The notes under the pieces: model-generated
The model's database searches: none
What the model saw: the letters and a program-made list of their open reading frames with translations, nothing else
What the model was told of the DNA's origin: nothing
Shown here: positions 10,663-21,278 of the stretch, one piece after another
Position numbering within the stretch: position 1 is the first letter of the stretch
Layout: the number at the start of each line of letters is the position of its first letter
Source of the DNA: Trichomonas gallinae
Lineage: Eukaryota
DNA length: 34,193 nucleotides
Direction: 5' to 3'
Assembly (NCBI GenBank): GCA_008369845.1
Contig: MRSU01010644.1
Coordinates: 1-34,193, forward strand
Made by a program: the position numbers and the translations under genes

Positions 10663-11721
10663 TCAGCGTGGAATAATGAGGGAGAAAACAAGAACGATCA
10701 TTGCGAAGTAAAGAGTACTCTTCAACACTTGTTTTAATGTGTATTGTTGCTTTGGAGGATTTGTTATTTGAATTGCAGGCTCGCTTGCAATGTTTTGGAG
10801 ATTCTGTAGTTGATCGAGTATCAAATTGAAGTTATTCTGAACGTTTGAAAGCTTTCCATCATATATTTCTGTAATTTCTTTCTTAATTTTAGTCAATTCT
10901 GATTTAATCTGATCATAACCGATAGAAGGCTGCTGTACTATAGGAACAACAAGTGTTTCTTTCTGCTTTTCGATTTCTTTTTGAAGTTCTTCGCATTTAA
11001 TTTTTGAATTTTGTAATTCTTGTTCTAACTGATATATTTTAGATTGTAATGGTTTAGTGAACCCCCACGGTGAGTCTTTATTGGTATTAAGGAAATCTTC
11101 GACTGATTTTTGCTGATCAATTAAAATTTGATGAGTTTCCTTCAAATCTTGAGTTAATTGTACAATAGCTGATCTATTTTCGATGCATTCTTTCTCTTTA
11201 TTTAGCAGTTCTTCGTTTTTGTTTTCAAATTCGTCTTTAAATTGTTGATATTTGAGTCTTTGTTCATCAAGTTGCAATTTCAGATTGCTTATGGTTTCAT
11301 TGGCTATGTCAAGTGAATTTTGTAGTTCTATCACTTCTTCATTGCGATTTTGAAATTTAAATGGAATATAAGTTGTATTATATAGTTGTGATTTCAAGTA
11401 TTCAATTTCAGCTTCATTTTCTTCGATAGTGTAGTTGGCAATTCTTAATTTAGCCTTGAATTGAAGACATTCTTCGCTTTTTTTGGTCAATTTTTCGAGT
11501 AATCGATGGGATCGATTCAGATTGCTGTTTATCATCGTGTTTAAGTTGTTGTTCAGTGCTTTATCGCCTTGATTTATCTTTGTTATCTCGTTATAAAAAG
11601 TATTTAACATTTTCTGTCGCAAATCCATCTCTCGTTGAAGAGATGAACTCAAGTTCTGATAGTCTATGTACAGCCTATAGTAACAAGACTTCATCTCGTC
11701 GAAATTGGATTCTTCATTCAT
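10663..11721 (-). CDS. Long coiled-coil protein with a C-terminal transmembrane anchor (tail-anchored), 352 aa
   Basis: Heptad-rich E/K/Q/L sequence throughout, ending TLYFAMIVLVFSLIIPR. First ATG is 11721 (track start is TTG). Confidence 0.8.
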   Translation of the reverse strand: MNEESNFDEMKSCYYRLYIDYQNLSSSLQREMDLRQKMLNTFYNEITKINQGDKALNNNLNTMINSNLNRSHRLLEKLTKKSEECLQFKAKLRIANYTIEENEAEIEYLKSQLYNTTYIPFKFQNRNEEVIELQNSLDIANETISNLKLQLDEQRLKYQQFKDEFENKNEELLNKEKECIENRSAIVQLTQDLKETHQILIDQQKSVEDFLNTNKDSPWGFTKPLQSKIYQLEQELQNSKIKCEELQKEIEKQKETLVVPIVQQPSIGYDQIKSELTKIKKEITEIYDGKLSNVQNNFNLILDQLQNLQNIASEPAIQITNPPKQQYTLKQVLKSTLYFAMIVLVFSLIIPR

Positions 11722-11757
11722 TGCCAGCAAAACGTCTGATTTTTGACAAATAGTTAA

Positions 11758-11803
11758 TTTTACATGTCAAATATTATCCATGTAAATATTTTACATGGCA
11801 AAT
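11758..11803 (-). promoter_or_regulatory. Cluster of TGnCAYGTAAA-type elements upstream of the tail-anchored coiled-coil gene
   Basis: AATATTTGACATGTAAAA (11775-11758) and ATTTGCCATGTAAAA (11803-11789); includes the inverted repeat CCATGTAAA-tat-TTTACATGG at 11778-11798. Function is inferred. Confidence 0.5.
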
Positions 11804-12005
11804 ATACTTATATTCGAATAATCACGAATCTTAATTTGCTATAGGCGAAATCTATATACAAAATAACAATATCTGTAGGAGATATCATTAAACATATCTC
11901 TTTTAATTCGCTAAATCAAATATATACACATTAATCTGAAAAAGATTCATTTTTCGCTACTAATTTACTAATAACAAATCAAATATTCTATAACTAAACA
12001 AAAAT

Positions 12006-12950
12006 CTATAGAATGCAGAGTTGTGCATTAATATTTGGCTCAAAGTAGTATCTGAGCCCATGAAGTTTTACTTTCTTTCGTTTTAATGTTCTCCAGAATT
12101 TAATATTGAATCTTAAATCATTGTAATGCAGTGCCGTAATCATTTCAACAGGGTATGTCCCATTATAACCGAAAAACCCAGGAATATCATCAGGGCATCG
12201 TGGAAAATCTGTAATTTTTTGTTTCAAGATCAAATTGTAGTATTTTCTAGAAACCATATTCCCTATTAGCCTTGGATTCGCAATATCAGTGTTGTTAATT
12301 CTAAATTCGTCAAAAAACATGTGATTATAAAAGTCATCGTTCCAAACTGTGCGTTCCAAGTATGAAATCCCAAGTTCCAAGAATTTCTGCGCGGATTTCC
12401 TTGAAAATATGTATCCGACGCCTCCCTGCAAGTAAGGATGCGGATTAAGCAAAACATGGCCTTGAAAAACTAAATCATTGAAAGTATCAAATTTTGAGTT
12501 AATTTCGTCAAACATATCTTCTAGTAAGTCTATGTCTATGAGGACATCGTCTGTAAGTGACCAATACCAGTTCAAATTCGTTTTCTCGAGAAAATACTGC
12601 GCAGCAGTCAGTCTTTTCATTACTCTATCTCTATCTCTTGAGAAATTGAAAACATTCCATTTAGTATCAAACGGAATTGTCAACTCGGGATAATCGAGTA
12701 CTGGATTTGATAGAAATCTAAGGCGATGAGGTGTAGAATCTAGTAGCTTGTTTCCCCACATGTTCATTATATATTGTCTTCTGTCTGAATCTGGTACTGT
12801 TATAATTCCGAAAAATATTCCGCTTTGTTTATGTCTGTGAAAAGTACATATCAGACTTATTATCATGCAGTCTTTTAAATAGTATGCGAAAATCGATATC
12901 ATTACGCATAGTATTATTACTCGAGTACTGAAAAATTCTTCATTTTTCAT
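12006..12950 (-). CDS. GT31-like (fringe/beta-1,3-galactosyltransferase-type) glycosyltransferase, type II membrane protein
   Basis: N-terminal TM segment; WYWSLTDDVLID (DxD-like), YLQGGVGYIFSRKSA, later DD and ALH motifs. First ATG is 12950 (track start is GTG). Confidence 0.8.
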   Translation of the reverse strand: MKNEEFFSTRVIILCVMISIFAYYLKDCMIISLICTFHRHKQSGIFFGIITVPDSDRRQYIMNMWGNKLLDSTPHRLRFLSNPVLDYPELTIPFDTKWNVFNFSRDRDRVMKRLTAAQYFLEKTNLNWYWSLTDDVLIDIDLLEDMFDEINSKFDTFNDLVFQGHVLLNPHPYLQGGVGYIFSRKSAQKFLELGISYLERTVWNDDFYNHMFFDEFRINNTDIANPRLIGNMVSRKYYNLILKQKITDFPRCPDDIPGFFGYNGTYPVEMITALHYNDLRFNIKFWRTLKRKKVKLHGLRYYFEPNINAQLCIL

Positions 12951-12965
12951 ACTGAAATCAATATC

Positions 12966-13034
12966 TGTCACGTAAATTCTAAATTTTTGTCATGTAAATA
13001 TTAAATTGCAATTTGTATTATTTTGTCACGTAAA
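12966..13034 (+). promoter_or_regulatory. Three copies of TGTCAYGTAAA upstream of the GT31 gene
   Basis: TGTCACGTAAA 12966-12976, TGTCATGTAAA 12988-12998, TGTCACGTAAA 13024-13034. Confidence 0.55.
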
Positions 13035-13401
13035 TTTTTTAATATTGTCAAATTTATTTCTATATGATTTCTAAACATTTTAATAAGAAAACTATATTAC
13101 CTCCCTCTAGTTTAGATCAATTTTTTCTTCAAATAATAAAAATATTGCAAATATCAAATTTATTTTAAATTAATATGACCAATAAAAATTCTATTGAGAT
13201 TATGTTAGTCTTATCTTAATTAGCACAAATTTTGAGTGTTAAAGGTTATAAAACATCACTAAAATATATGAAAAGATAAAACAAATTTAACAAAGTCTTT
13301 AAATCAATATATTATATTCAAAACAATATAGTGATATACAAATGCGATCAGTTATAAGCTAAATCGCTGAATAAAAAATAATAATAAAATATAATATCAA
13401 A

Positions 13402-14970
13402 TTAGAGCTTCATTAAGCGGATATTAGTCTGCGTCTTGGATCTAGTGACCTTCTTCTCCTTCTTTTCAAGAAGCATGCGCAATTGATCTTGTCTCGTGAG
13501 TTCTCTTGAAGATTTTGGAGCTTCTACAGGATTAACGTTCTGATTTTCGATATTTAATGGCGGACGCTGATTTTCTGGCTCCTGGATTTGAATTGGTTCT
13601 TTCTTTGTATTTGTTGCATTTGATGAACGAGAAGCATCGGTAAAAGATGCTCTTTTCTGATTGTATTCGATTGGTTTTGACGATGATAATGATATGCTTG
13701 ACCTTGCTACAGGATTTTGCTGTTTTGAAATATTTATTGAAGCTCTCATGTCTTGTTCTTTAGGATCAATTATCTTTATTGGACGCTGGTTTGTGAGTTG
13801 TGGCGTTTGAGTGGCTGGCTTAGGCTGCTGCTGTTCTTGTTTCTGTGGATTTTGAATAGTTACATTTTTTTCTGATTTTGCGATTGGTGTGACTGCTTTT
13901 GGCTGCTCACTTTCTGGTATATCTCCATTATCATTAAATTTCATGTTTTCAGCGCCAAGCCAACGAGAATACGGTTTAATAATTCCAATGTTATTTTGTC
14001 TGCATAATAACTTGTATTCAACGACTTCTTGTGTATCTTTATGTTCTTTAACGTATATTTCTAAATCTTGTGGATTGATTTGCATTGACATTTTCGCGAC
14101 TAGATCAGATCTTACAGGTAAACGCGTAATATTCGATAATTTAGGCAATTCTCCAATTCCTCTGTACATCGCAATCCATGGATGTGACCAAATCTCGTGT
14201 ATTGTAATTCTTTGCGAAGAATTCTTTTTCAATAGCTTTAAAATTAAGTCTTTCAGCTGTGGGCTGACGTTTGGGCCGAACTTGGGCTCAGTGTAGACGA
14301 TTTTCTGCATCAGTCTCTGAATATTATCGTCGACGAAAGGAAGAGTTCCAGTTGTAATTCCATAAAGAAAGACGCCAGCACTCCACATATCAGACAATGG
14401 CGTGAAGGGCTGGTTCTTGAGGACCTCAGGAGGCGCGTATGCAGGCGATCCGCAGGGCCCATTAATAACTGGTATTTTATTTGTCATTACATGAGAAAAT
14501 CCGAAATCAATGAGACGTATGTTATGGTTTTCATCGATCAATACATTTTCTGCTTTCAAATCTCGATGTGCAATGCGACATTTGCATTGTAAATACTCCA
14601 GCGCTTGAAGTAATTGGCAGAAGTAGTGTCTGGCTACATCCTCTGATAGTTTGCCGAACTTATTGATATACGACAATATGCTTCCTCCTTCAACAAATTC
14701 GAGAGCAACTACAAAATATTCTTTGTCGAAGAAAGATTCGTAATACTCGACTAATAACGGATGATCGATAAGTTTGAAGACATTAATTTCATTTTCAACC
14801 ATTGCTTTCTGCATAGTTTCGGATAAAGATGAAGCCAATACAACTTTCAGCGCAACTTTGATTCCCGTTAAATTGTGGACTGCCTGATACACACTGGAAA
14901 ACGCTCCGCGACCAGTTAGCTTCAGGATCGTATAATTGCCAAGTGTGGTTCCAGGTACAATATTGTTCAT
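13402..14970 (-). CDS. CAMK-group (SNF1/AMPK/MARK-related) Ser/Thr protein kinase with a UBA-like segment and disordered tail
   Basis: GRGAFSSV, VALK, HRDLKAEN, DFG, CGSPAYAPPE, DMWSAG, RITIHEIWSHPW. Start at MNNIVPG (14970) is preferred over 15003, whose extension is a T-rich UTR-like tract. Confidence 0.95.
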   Translation of the reverse strand: MNNIVPGTTLGNYTILKLTGRGAFSSVYQAVHNLTGIKVALKVVLASSLSETMQKAMVENEINVFKLIDHPLLVEYYESFFDKEYFVVALEFVEGGSILSYINKFGKLSEDVARHYFCQLLQALEYLQCKCRIAHRDLKAENVLIDENHNIRLIDFGFSHVMTNKIPVINGPCGSPAYAPPEVLKNQPFTPLSDMWSAGVFLYGITTGTLPFVDDNIQRLMQKIVYTEPKFGPNVSPQLKDLILKLLKKNSSQRITIHEIWSHPWIAMYRGIGELPKLSNITRLPVRSDLVAKMSMQINPQDLEIYVKEHKDTQEVVEYKLLCRQNNIGIIKPYSRWLGAENMKFNDNGDIPESEQPKAVTPIAKSEKNVTIQNPQKQEQQQPKPATQTPQLTNQRPIKIIDPKEQDMRASINISKQQNPVARSSISLSSSKPIEYNQKRASFTDASRSSNATNTKKEPIQIQEPENQRPPLNIENQNVNPVEAPKSSRELTRQDQLRMLLEKKEKKVTRSKTQTNIRLMKL

Positions 14971-15923
14971 TATAAAAAAATAAAAATAAAATTTACGAAA
15001 CATCGGACATGCAGGCTCATATTAATACCATTTATTCCATTTTTACAAAACTTTTGTAATAAATTAACGTTTTTTGAAATAAAAATATCTTTGAATAGTT
15101 ATATAAAGAATAATTCGTATAAGGTCGATAAATTTTATTTGAAAAATTTTTCAATGAATTGATAAAAACCGTTGCTAAACCTTGAAAAGTGACAGCAAGA
15201 ATATACAAAAGTGCCAAAGTAAATATCAGAAAAAAATCTATATCGTTTTTTTGCTAAATTTTTGGAAAATTTACTTATAGATAACCATAATTACAAAAAC
15301 TTTCTCAGATTTAAAAATAACCTTTTTTTCTGTTGATTTTAAATTTTTGGCGTTTTCTCGTTGATTATTGTATTTTTCTCTATCATTTCTTTATAACTCT
15401 CATCTATTGTGAAATTATAGCATTACTTCCATTTATATCTGAAGAAATTAATCAATATTCACACAACAAACCCAATATTTCAGTTCTATCTCATTATAAA
15501 TCGATCATATACAATAAAATATGCATATTCAACGAATCAACTATGAATGATATTCATTATAATTTGGTCAATTGAAAAACATTAAGAGAAATTTCTCTTA
15601 TTTCGAATAAACAATTGTATTTTCATAATATTAACGTTATATATATTATTTTTCTAATTCACAAATTGCTTATAAATAAGAAATAAATTTGAACGAAACG
15701 AAATATTAAATTTCATACAAAATTATTGTTGTTTTCATCATATTTACTCTCTAAATATGTCATTTATATTGTTAAAAAACTATGATGTTGTAGAATTTTT
15801 TGCTTTGAAATAAAATTTTGCAATTTTTCATTTTTGGAATAAAAAATAATGATGTACTGATTGTATATAAATAAATAACACGCAGCATTATTAATATTTT
15901 CGACTTTATACAACTTAAAGAAC

Positions 15924-17447
15924 TTATAATTCGTCATCTTTCGGTGGCTCTGGTGTCCATTCCGGTTTTGGTGGCAGCGGGGCCTTGATTGGCTGTGTTG
16001 AGTTATCTTTGAGGAGCTGTGCCATAAGATATAGGTTACGGCGCTTGCCAATCGGGAAAGGATGCGTTTTGTTGTTAGCTGGGAACATCCATGCATAGGG
16101 AAATGTCTCATTCCTCCAAATCGTGACTGGAATGTCGTTGCAAGAGGCATTGATTGTTGCGAATACGACATGATGTATAGAAGACTTCTTGGCCCACTGG
16201 GCAGTCTCATACATCAAATCTTCGACTTCATCGCAATTCTTGCACGGCCAGCCTCTGAAGTTGACGACGAAATCCTTGTCAGTGCTCTCAAGCTGCTTCT
16301 TGAGGTCTGTCGCTGAGTAGGACATCAGTGGATATCTAGCTCTTGTCGATGAGACTGGTGTTTCGATGATTGTCTCTTTGATTTTGCCCCTGAGATGGTC
16401 TGTAGCGAACAAAGCAATAGCGTTTGGTGATGGGTTGCCTCTAAATATCCACTTCTTGTAGTTAAATTGGTCGACTTGGAAGAATCCGTAGATTGGAAGT
16501 GATAAGTTTTGAATGTTCATGCGTGTGAGGTTGACTTTGAGTGTTGATGAGTCTCCATAGCGGATTGGTATCTTATTTGATTCGTCTGTGTTGATTTTCT
16601 CGGAAACTTTGTCCAAAACTGCACGAACTTCGCTCATCATTGTCAAATTTGAAAAATCGTATATAGCGGCGAAGTACATCGCGAGATTGTTGCCTACGAC
16701 GGCGTTATACGTAGAATTCATGATTTCGTATTTCGCATCAATGTTCTTTTCGATAAAATCTGATAGAGATTTCGTTGTGATCTTCAGAGGATCACCTGGG
16801 TATGATATATTCTTGTCATCGAGAGTTCTAATAATTGTTATTCCTGGGAAAGGCGCGTTGAAGGCCGCTGCGAGTTCTGGTGTCTGTGTGACCCACATGT
16901 GAGCCTTCTTCATGAACTTTGCGCTGATAATTGAAAGGATTTTATCCATTTTCGCGTTGATATCTGGAAGAGAGACGATAATTGTTGCATTTCTAGATTC
17001 AACAATTGTACGTGCCTCTTCTACTTGATTTACGTACTTGTATTTCGATGCTGTGACGTTTCCAACGAAGAAATAACATTCTCTTCCCTGAGTTGTGTTA
17101 GGAAGTTTAGCGATCTGTGTTCCGTAGCGGAAGGCGAAAAGAGCTGGATAGCTGTCAACACCAAGCTCATCAGCCAAATCTGTAGCGTGGCGCGCTGATA
17201 AAACGAGATAATCAGCCTTACCGTGTGATCTTTCTGCGGCATAGCGATAACCTTCGATCATTCTCTTGCAGTCATCGTTATCTTTATCGTAGAAAAGAAC
17301 TAAAGCTAAATCGTATTGATCAATTGTGTTTCTGAATTCTAATTCACGCATATAACGAACAGGGTCGTTATCCTTCGTGTACCTTTTGCCTAGACGACGT
17401 CTTGATGAGCCAAAGGCAAATAAAATAGAAAGGAAACAAAAGAGCAT
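15924..17447 (-). CDS. ER-lumenal multi-thioredoxin-fold (PDI-like) protein, 507 aa
   Basis: Signal peptide; first Trx fold with a degenerate site (LVLFY...NDDC...GVDSYP); last Trx fold with WPCKNC and TFP; C-terminal KDDEL; Inr TCACT at 17460-17456. Confidence 0.85.
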   Translation of the reverse strand: MLFCFLSILFAFGSSRRRLGKRYTKDNDPVRYMRELEFRNTIDQYDLALVLFYDKDNDDCKRMIEGYRYAAERSHGKADYLVLSARHATDLADELGVDSYPALFAFRYGTQIAKLPNTTQGRECYFFVGNVTASKYKYVNQVEEARTIVESRNATIIVSLPDINAKMDKILSIISAKFMKKAHMWVTQTPELAAAFNAPFPGITIIRTLDDKNISYPGDPLKITTKSLSDFIEKNIDAKYEIMNSTYNAVVGNNLAMYFAAIYDFSNLTMMSEVRAVLDKVSEKINTDESNKIPIRYGDSSTLKVNLTRMNIQNLSLPIYGFFQVDQFNYKKWIFRGNPSPNAIALFATDHLRGKIKETIIETPVSSTRARYPLMSYSATDLKKQLESTDKDFVVNFRGWPCKNCDEVEDLMYETAQWAKKSSIHHVVFATINASCNDIPVTIWRNETFPYAWMFPANNKTHPFPIGKRRNLYLMAQLLKDNSTQPIKAPLPPKPEWTPEPPKDDEL

Positions 17448-19170
17448 TTTTTAAAAGTGACAAATAATTTGGCTGCGACGTTAAGAATCCGAAAAGACTG
17501 CAGATTTAAAATGCTCATCAAGCATATTTTCTATTTATAACAAAATTGTTCGATTTCGAAGCATTTTTGATTTTTTGACAAATTTAATTTACATTTGTCG
17601 ATGTCAAAAAAATCAATAAGGTTATATTTTCAATTTATTTTTTCTGCATTGATGATTTATCTGATTTTAAAAATTGTTATCTTAAGAAGCTACAATTATA
17701 ACCCATCATGCCCAATGCTTGTAATTAATCTATCATTACATGATTGCAATTAATTGTAATATTGCATATTATAGTAAGTGGTATGTTTTTAAGAGTACAT
17801 AATAGACATGATATCAATGATTTCCAAATCCAATATATTGATATTTTTATAAAAATACCAAAGTTTTTATCAAAAACTTCTTCCAAACCTATAACTTTAA
17901 TATTTTTGTTTAACATTCTGAATAAATATGTCATATGCTTTGTTTTATAATTGACAAACAACATATAATAAATTGAATGGCAGACAAAACATGTCTTTTG
18001 TAAATTTTGGCACTTTTGAATTTTGTTTAAGTTTTAATGTCAATTGGTCAATTCCCGACAAGTAACCAAAAGTATACGAATGAGTTGTATTATTCTTCAC
18101 GATGAATTTTTATTTGAATAGGTTCCAATTCAATTTTGTCACCTTTTTCTGGTTTGTCATTTTTCATATTTTTATATAATTTATCTTCCATCATTTATCT
18201 TGTGAATCAGCTAAACTAAATACAATATAATGCCATCTTTTTGGGCAGAGGATGATTGTTCACATGTTCAATCACAAAGGTCTCACACATTCCTAAATTC
18301 CTCAATTTTTCTAATGGTTATGGATACATGATGCAGATAAATATATTAGAACATTCCAAAAGATTAGATCTTTCAATATACACACAGCAAATCATCTTAG
18401 TTATTAAAAGAATTAAAATTGAATAATCAATTCATTATCATAATAATGAGATTTGATGTAAATTTACAATCAATTCAAGGCTCATAATTCAAATATGTAC
18501 AATATATATGCATACAAATTCATTCCAATATATAAATTTAAATCAATGAAATTCAGACATGTGACACGACACTAATGAGTTTATCCAATAATATGTCATA
18601 ATATATTTATAGCAACAATCGGAAAGACTGCAGAATTGATCATTGATTTCAAATAATCGGATTTTTAGATTTTAAATATTCGGATAGAACCTATAATGTT
18701 ATAGAGATTAAAAAGAAACAAGTGGTGTCTTTTTACACATTCAGGAAAATTTCAAATTTCAGCTAAAAAACATAAAATTATCGAAATTCGTAAATAATTT
18801 TATCGCCAACAACGCCTCTCCTATGCATAGCGATTTAGCATGCTAAATTATCGAAAAAAGCAAAATCAAAATTAAAAGCTCATTTTGTGATAAAATCATC
18901 AAATCTCTCAGATATGCTTGAAATGTAACCGCTTTGCTCAGAGAAAACCGCTTAGAAATTGAGCAAATTACAAAACCGAATTAAGTGTCAAATTAAGCTA
19001 GCATATTCTGACAGATGATTAATGTAATGTTTATATATGCAAGTTAGGAATTCAAAATTTGACAATAAGAATTCAACCGTTAACAGCAGTCTTTCGCATA
19101 TCTTGTTTCATGAAACATTTTTATTTTTTCCATCTTTGAGAATTTTTTTTATTTTAGAAATATTATACAA

Positions 19171-19626
19171 ATGAATGAAGATTCTCCCGACTCTCCGAAG
19201 TATTACGTGATTCTCAGAGAGCCACCTAAAAAAATGACATCGAAAGCATACATGAAATACTCATCAGAAGTCAATGCAAGGAGGCGAAGATCCAATTCAA
19301 TGTATTATTACATAGAAAGACTGCTAAACAGACTCCCAAAGTGTAAGAGACGGAAGACAGATGCTCTACATATCGCAGAAAGCATTTCCAAAAAAATAAA
19401 TATAAAAATCGACAGAAATGCAAAAAGAAACTACGATTCACTTATCTGCTGGTACTGCGAGAACTGGGCTCTTGTATCACAGCATTTATTTTCAACCTAC
19501 TACGAGCTTTTCGAATTGCCGGAAATCCAAACTCAGAAACAACCATTAGACTCACAACCGAAATTGAATATTACTATCAAGACTACTGTTGTTGACCCTT
19601 GTTCCATAGAATTTTTCCTTAACTAG
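19171..19626 (+). CDS. Small basic hypothetical protein with a DRxAKR...LICWxCENW motif, 151 aa
   Basis: Clean ORF after an AT-rich leader; K/R-rich; motif IDRNAKRNYDSLICWYCENW; ends DPCSIEFFLN. Confidence 0.8.
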   Translation: MNEDSPDSPKYYVILREPPKKMTSKAYMKYSSEVNARRRRSNSMYYYIERLLNRLPKCKRRKTDALHIAESISKKINIKIDRNAKRNYDSLICWYCENWALVSQHLFSTYYELFELPEIQTQKQPLDSQPKLNITIKTTVVDPCSIEFFLN

Positions 19627-19878
19627 ACCTTGTTTGTGTTTTTATTAATTTTTTTTAATATAGGAACCAACTTTTTTTTGTATTAAAGTTTTTTTATCGA
19701 TTTTATCCGCACTATTTTTGTGCTTTTTTCATTGAGATTTTATATCATATTAAGACTCTTCGATCATATATTATCAGTGTTTATCCGATTATGAATCGTT
19801 ATTAACAAAAAAATTAAGTGTTTTTGTCATTCTCGAATTCACAATCGATTAAATTGAATGGGAAATATAAAAAATAGA

Positions 19879-19914
19879 AATAAGACTAAGGATGTCGACA
19901 TCCTTAATAAGACT
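19879..19914. repeat. 18-bp perfect palindrome flanked by 9-bp direct repeats (TSD-like micro-insertion)
   Basis: AATAAGACT (19879-19887) + AAGGATGTCGACATCCTT (19888-19905) + AATAAGACT (19906-19914). Confidence 0.85.
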
Positions 19915-21278
19915 TATATAAAAGAGCTGTAATGTGAACAGACAATAGTGTGTTGATTTACAAAATCGTTGGATTCAATTGATTCAGTTTATAAACCCGT
20001 TTTTGACATTTCGCTAATGAGAAGACTTTCAAAATTTTCAGAGATTTGCCTTATCTGATCAGAATTGATTTTCACAGACGGTAGGATTAATCCTCCTTTG
20101 GATTGTGGTTGCATGTTTCAATAAAAAGTGAAATTTATTATATGTAATCAATAGAAACAAAAATCTAATCAAAAAAGAGGAATTAGAGATTTTCATAGAC
20201 TTAAATAATGAATTTCGACTGAATTTATTGATTTCGAAAAATTAAATTATTGAAAAATATCGACAATATTGTGATTTTGATGTTATATCGAATTGATGAC
20301 CAAAAAAATTTGCAATTTTAAAATGAAAATAATATTTTAATATTATTCCATTAAAATTAAAATTGAGCTAATATAATTGAATACACAGTCAGATACTAAT
20401 GATTTTTGGAATTTGAAAATTTTATGATGATTTTTTATAAAAACTCTAAGTTATGCCAAAATATTGAAGATATAAATATGATACATCTATAAGAATCAAT
20501 ATATAAAATAATTTTATCATCATTAAATTAATAAGATAAAAATTCAAATGCGTCAGAAAACGACAATTTTTGAATGAACTGTCATAATATTTCAAATCTT
20601 TACAATAATCATAAGAATTAAGATTTTGGTAATTTTGAATTATATATTTTTTTAGAGGTAAACTAATTTTAAATATTGGCACTTTTTATTTTTACTTGTT
20701 TCATTTGCAGGGCCAACGCTTTGAGAAAATGCTTGCCAGCTGATGTACATACAATGGTCGCAGATGATTGGTCATTCTTATCGTTAACATCTCCGATTTT
20801 GAATGCATCTGAACATTTATTTTTGTTTTAATCTGAATTTTGTATGATAACTCAATCTATTCTTGATATATTTAAAATCATATCGAGTTGGTCTATGCAT
20901 TGTTTTCATCGCGAATTCATAGTTTTCGATATTTTATATAAAACAATAATTTTATTTTCGCAGTGAGGCTAGACGGCAATAGTTGCTCGGATGGCATCAA
21001 AAGGATGTAAACAATGAAAATTCATCGAATTTTCATTAATTTTCTTCCATTCATTAAAATTATATAATCAAAAAAAAAAATTAATTCGAATTTTCGTTTC
21101 AAAACATATAATACATGCTTTATACATACTTAATTCTTAATTATTTTTAAAATTATACGAATTTCATAAAATTTCAATATTTTGGATTTTGAGTAAAAAC
21201 TGTAATAATATAAAAGATCTTATCTTTGTTCCTTTATAAAGTAGAAGAAAAAAAGCAAAATATAATATATAATCAAAA

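Noticed and set aside
20700..21010. GC-richer patches as a C/D snoRNA or as exons after pyrimidine-CAG acceptors
   Set aside because: No good C box with terminal stem, no CTAAC branch motif or matching donor; probably relic sequence.
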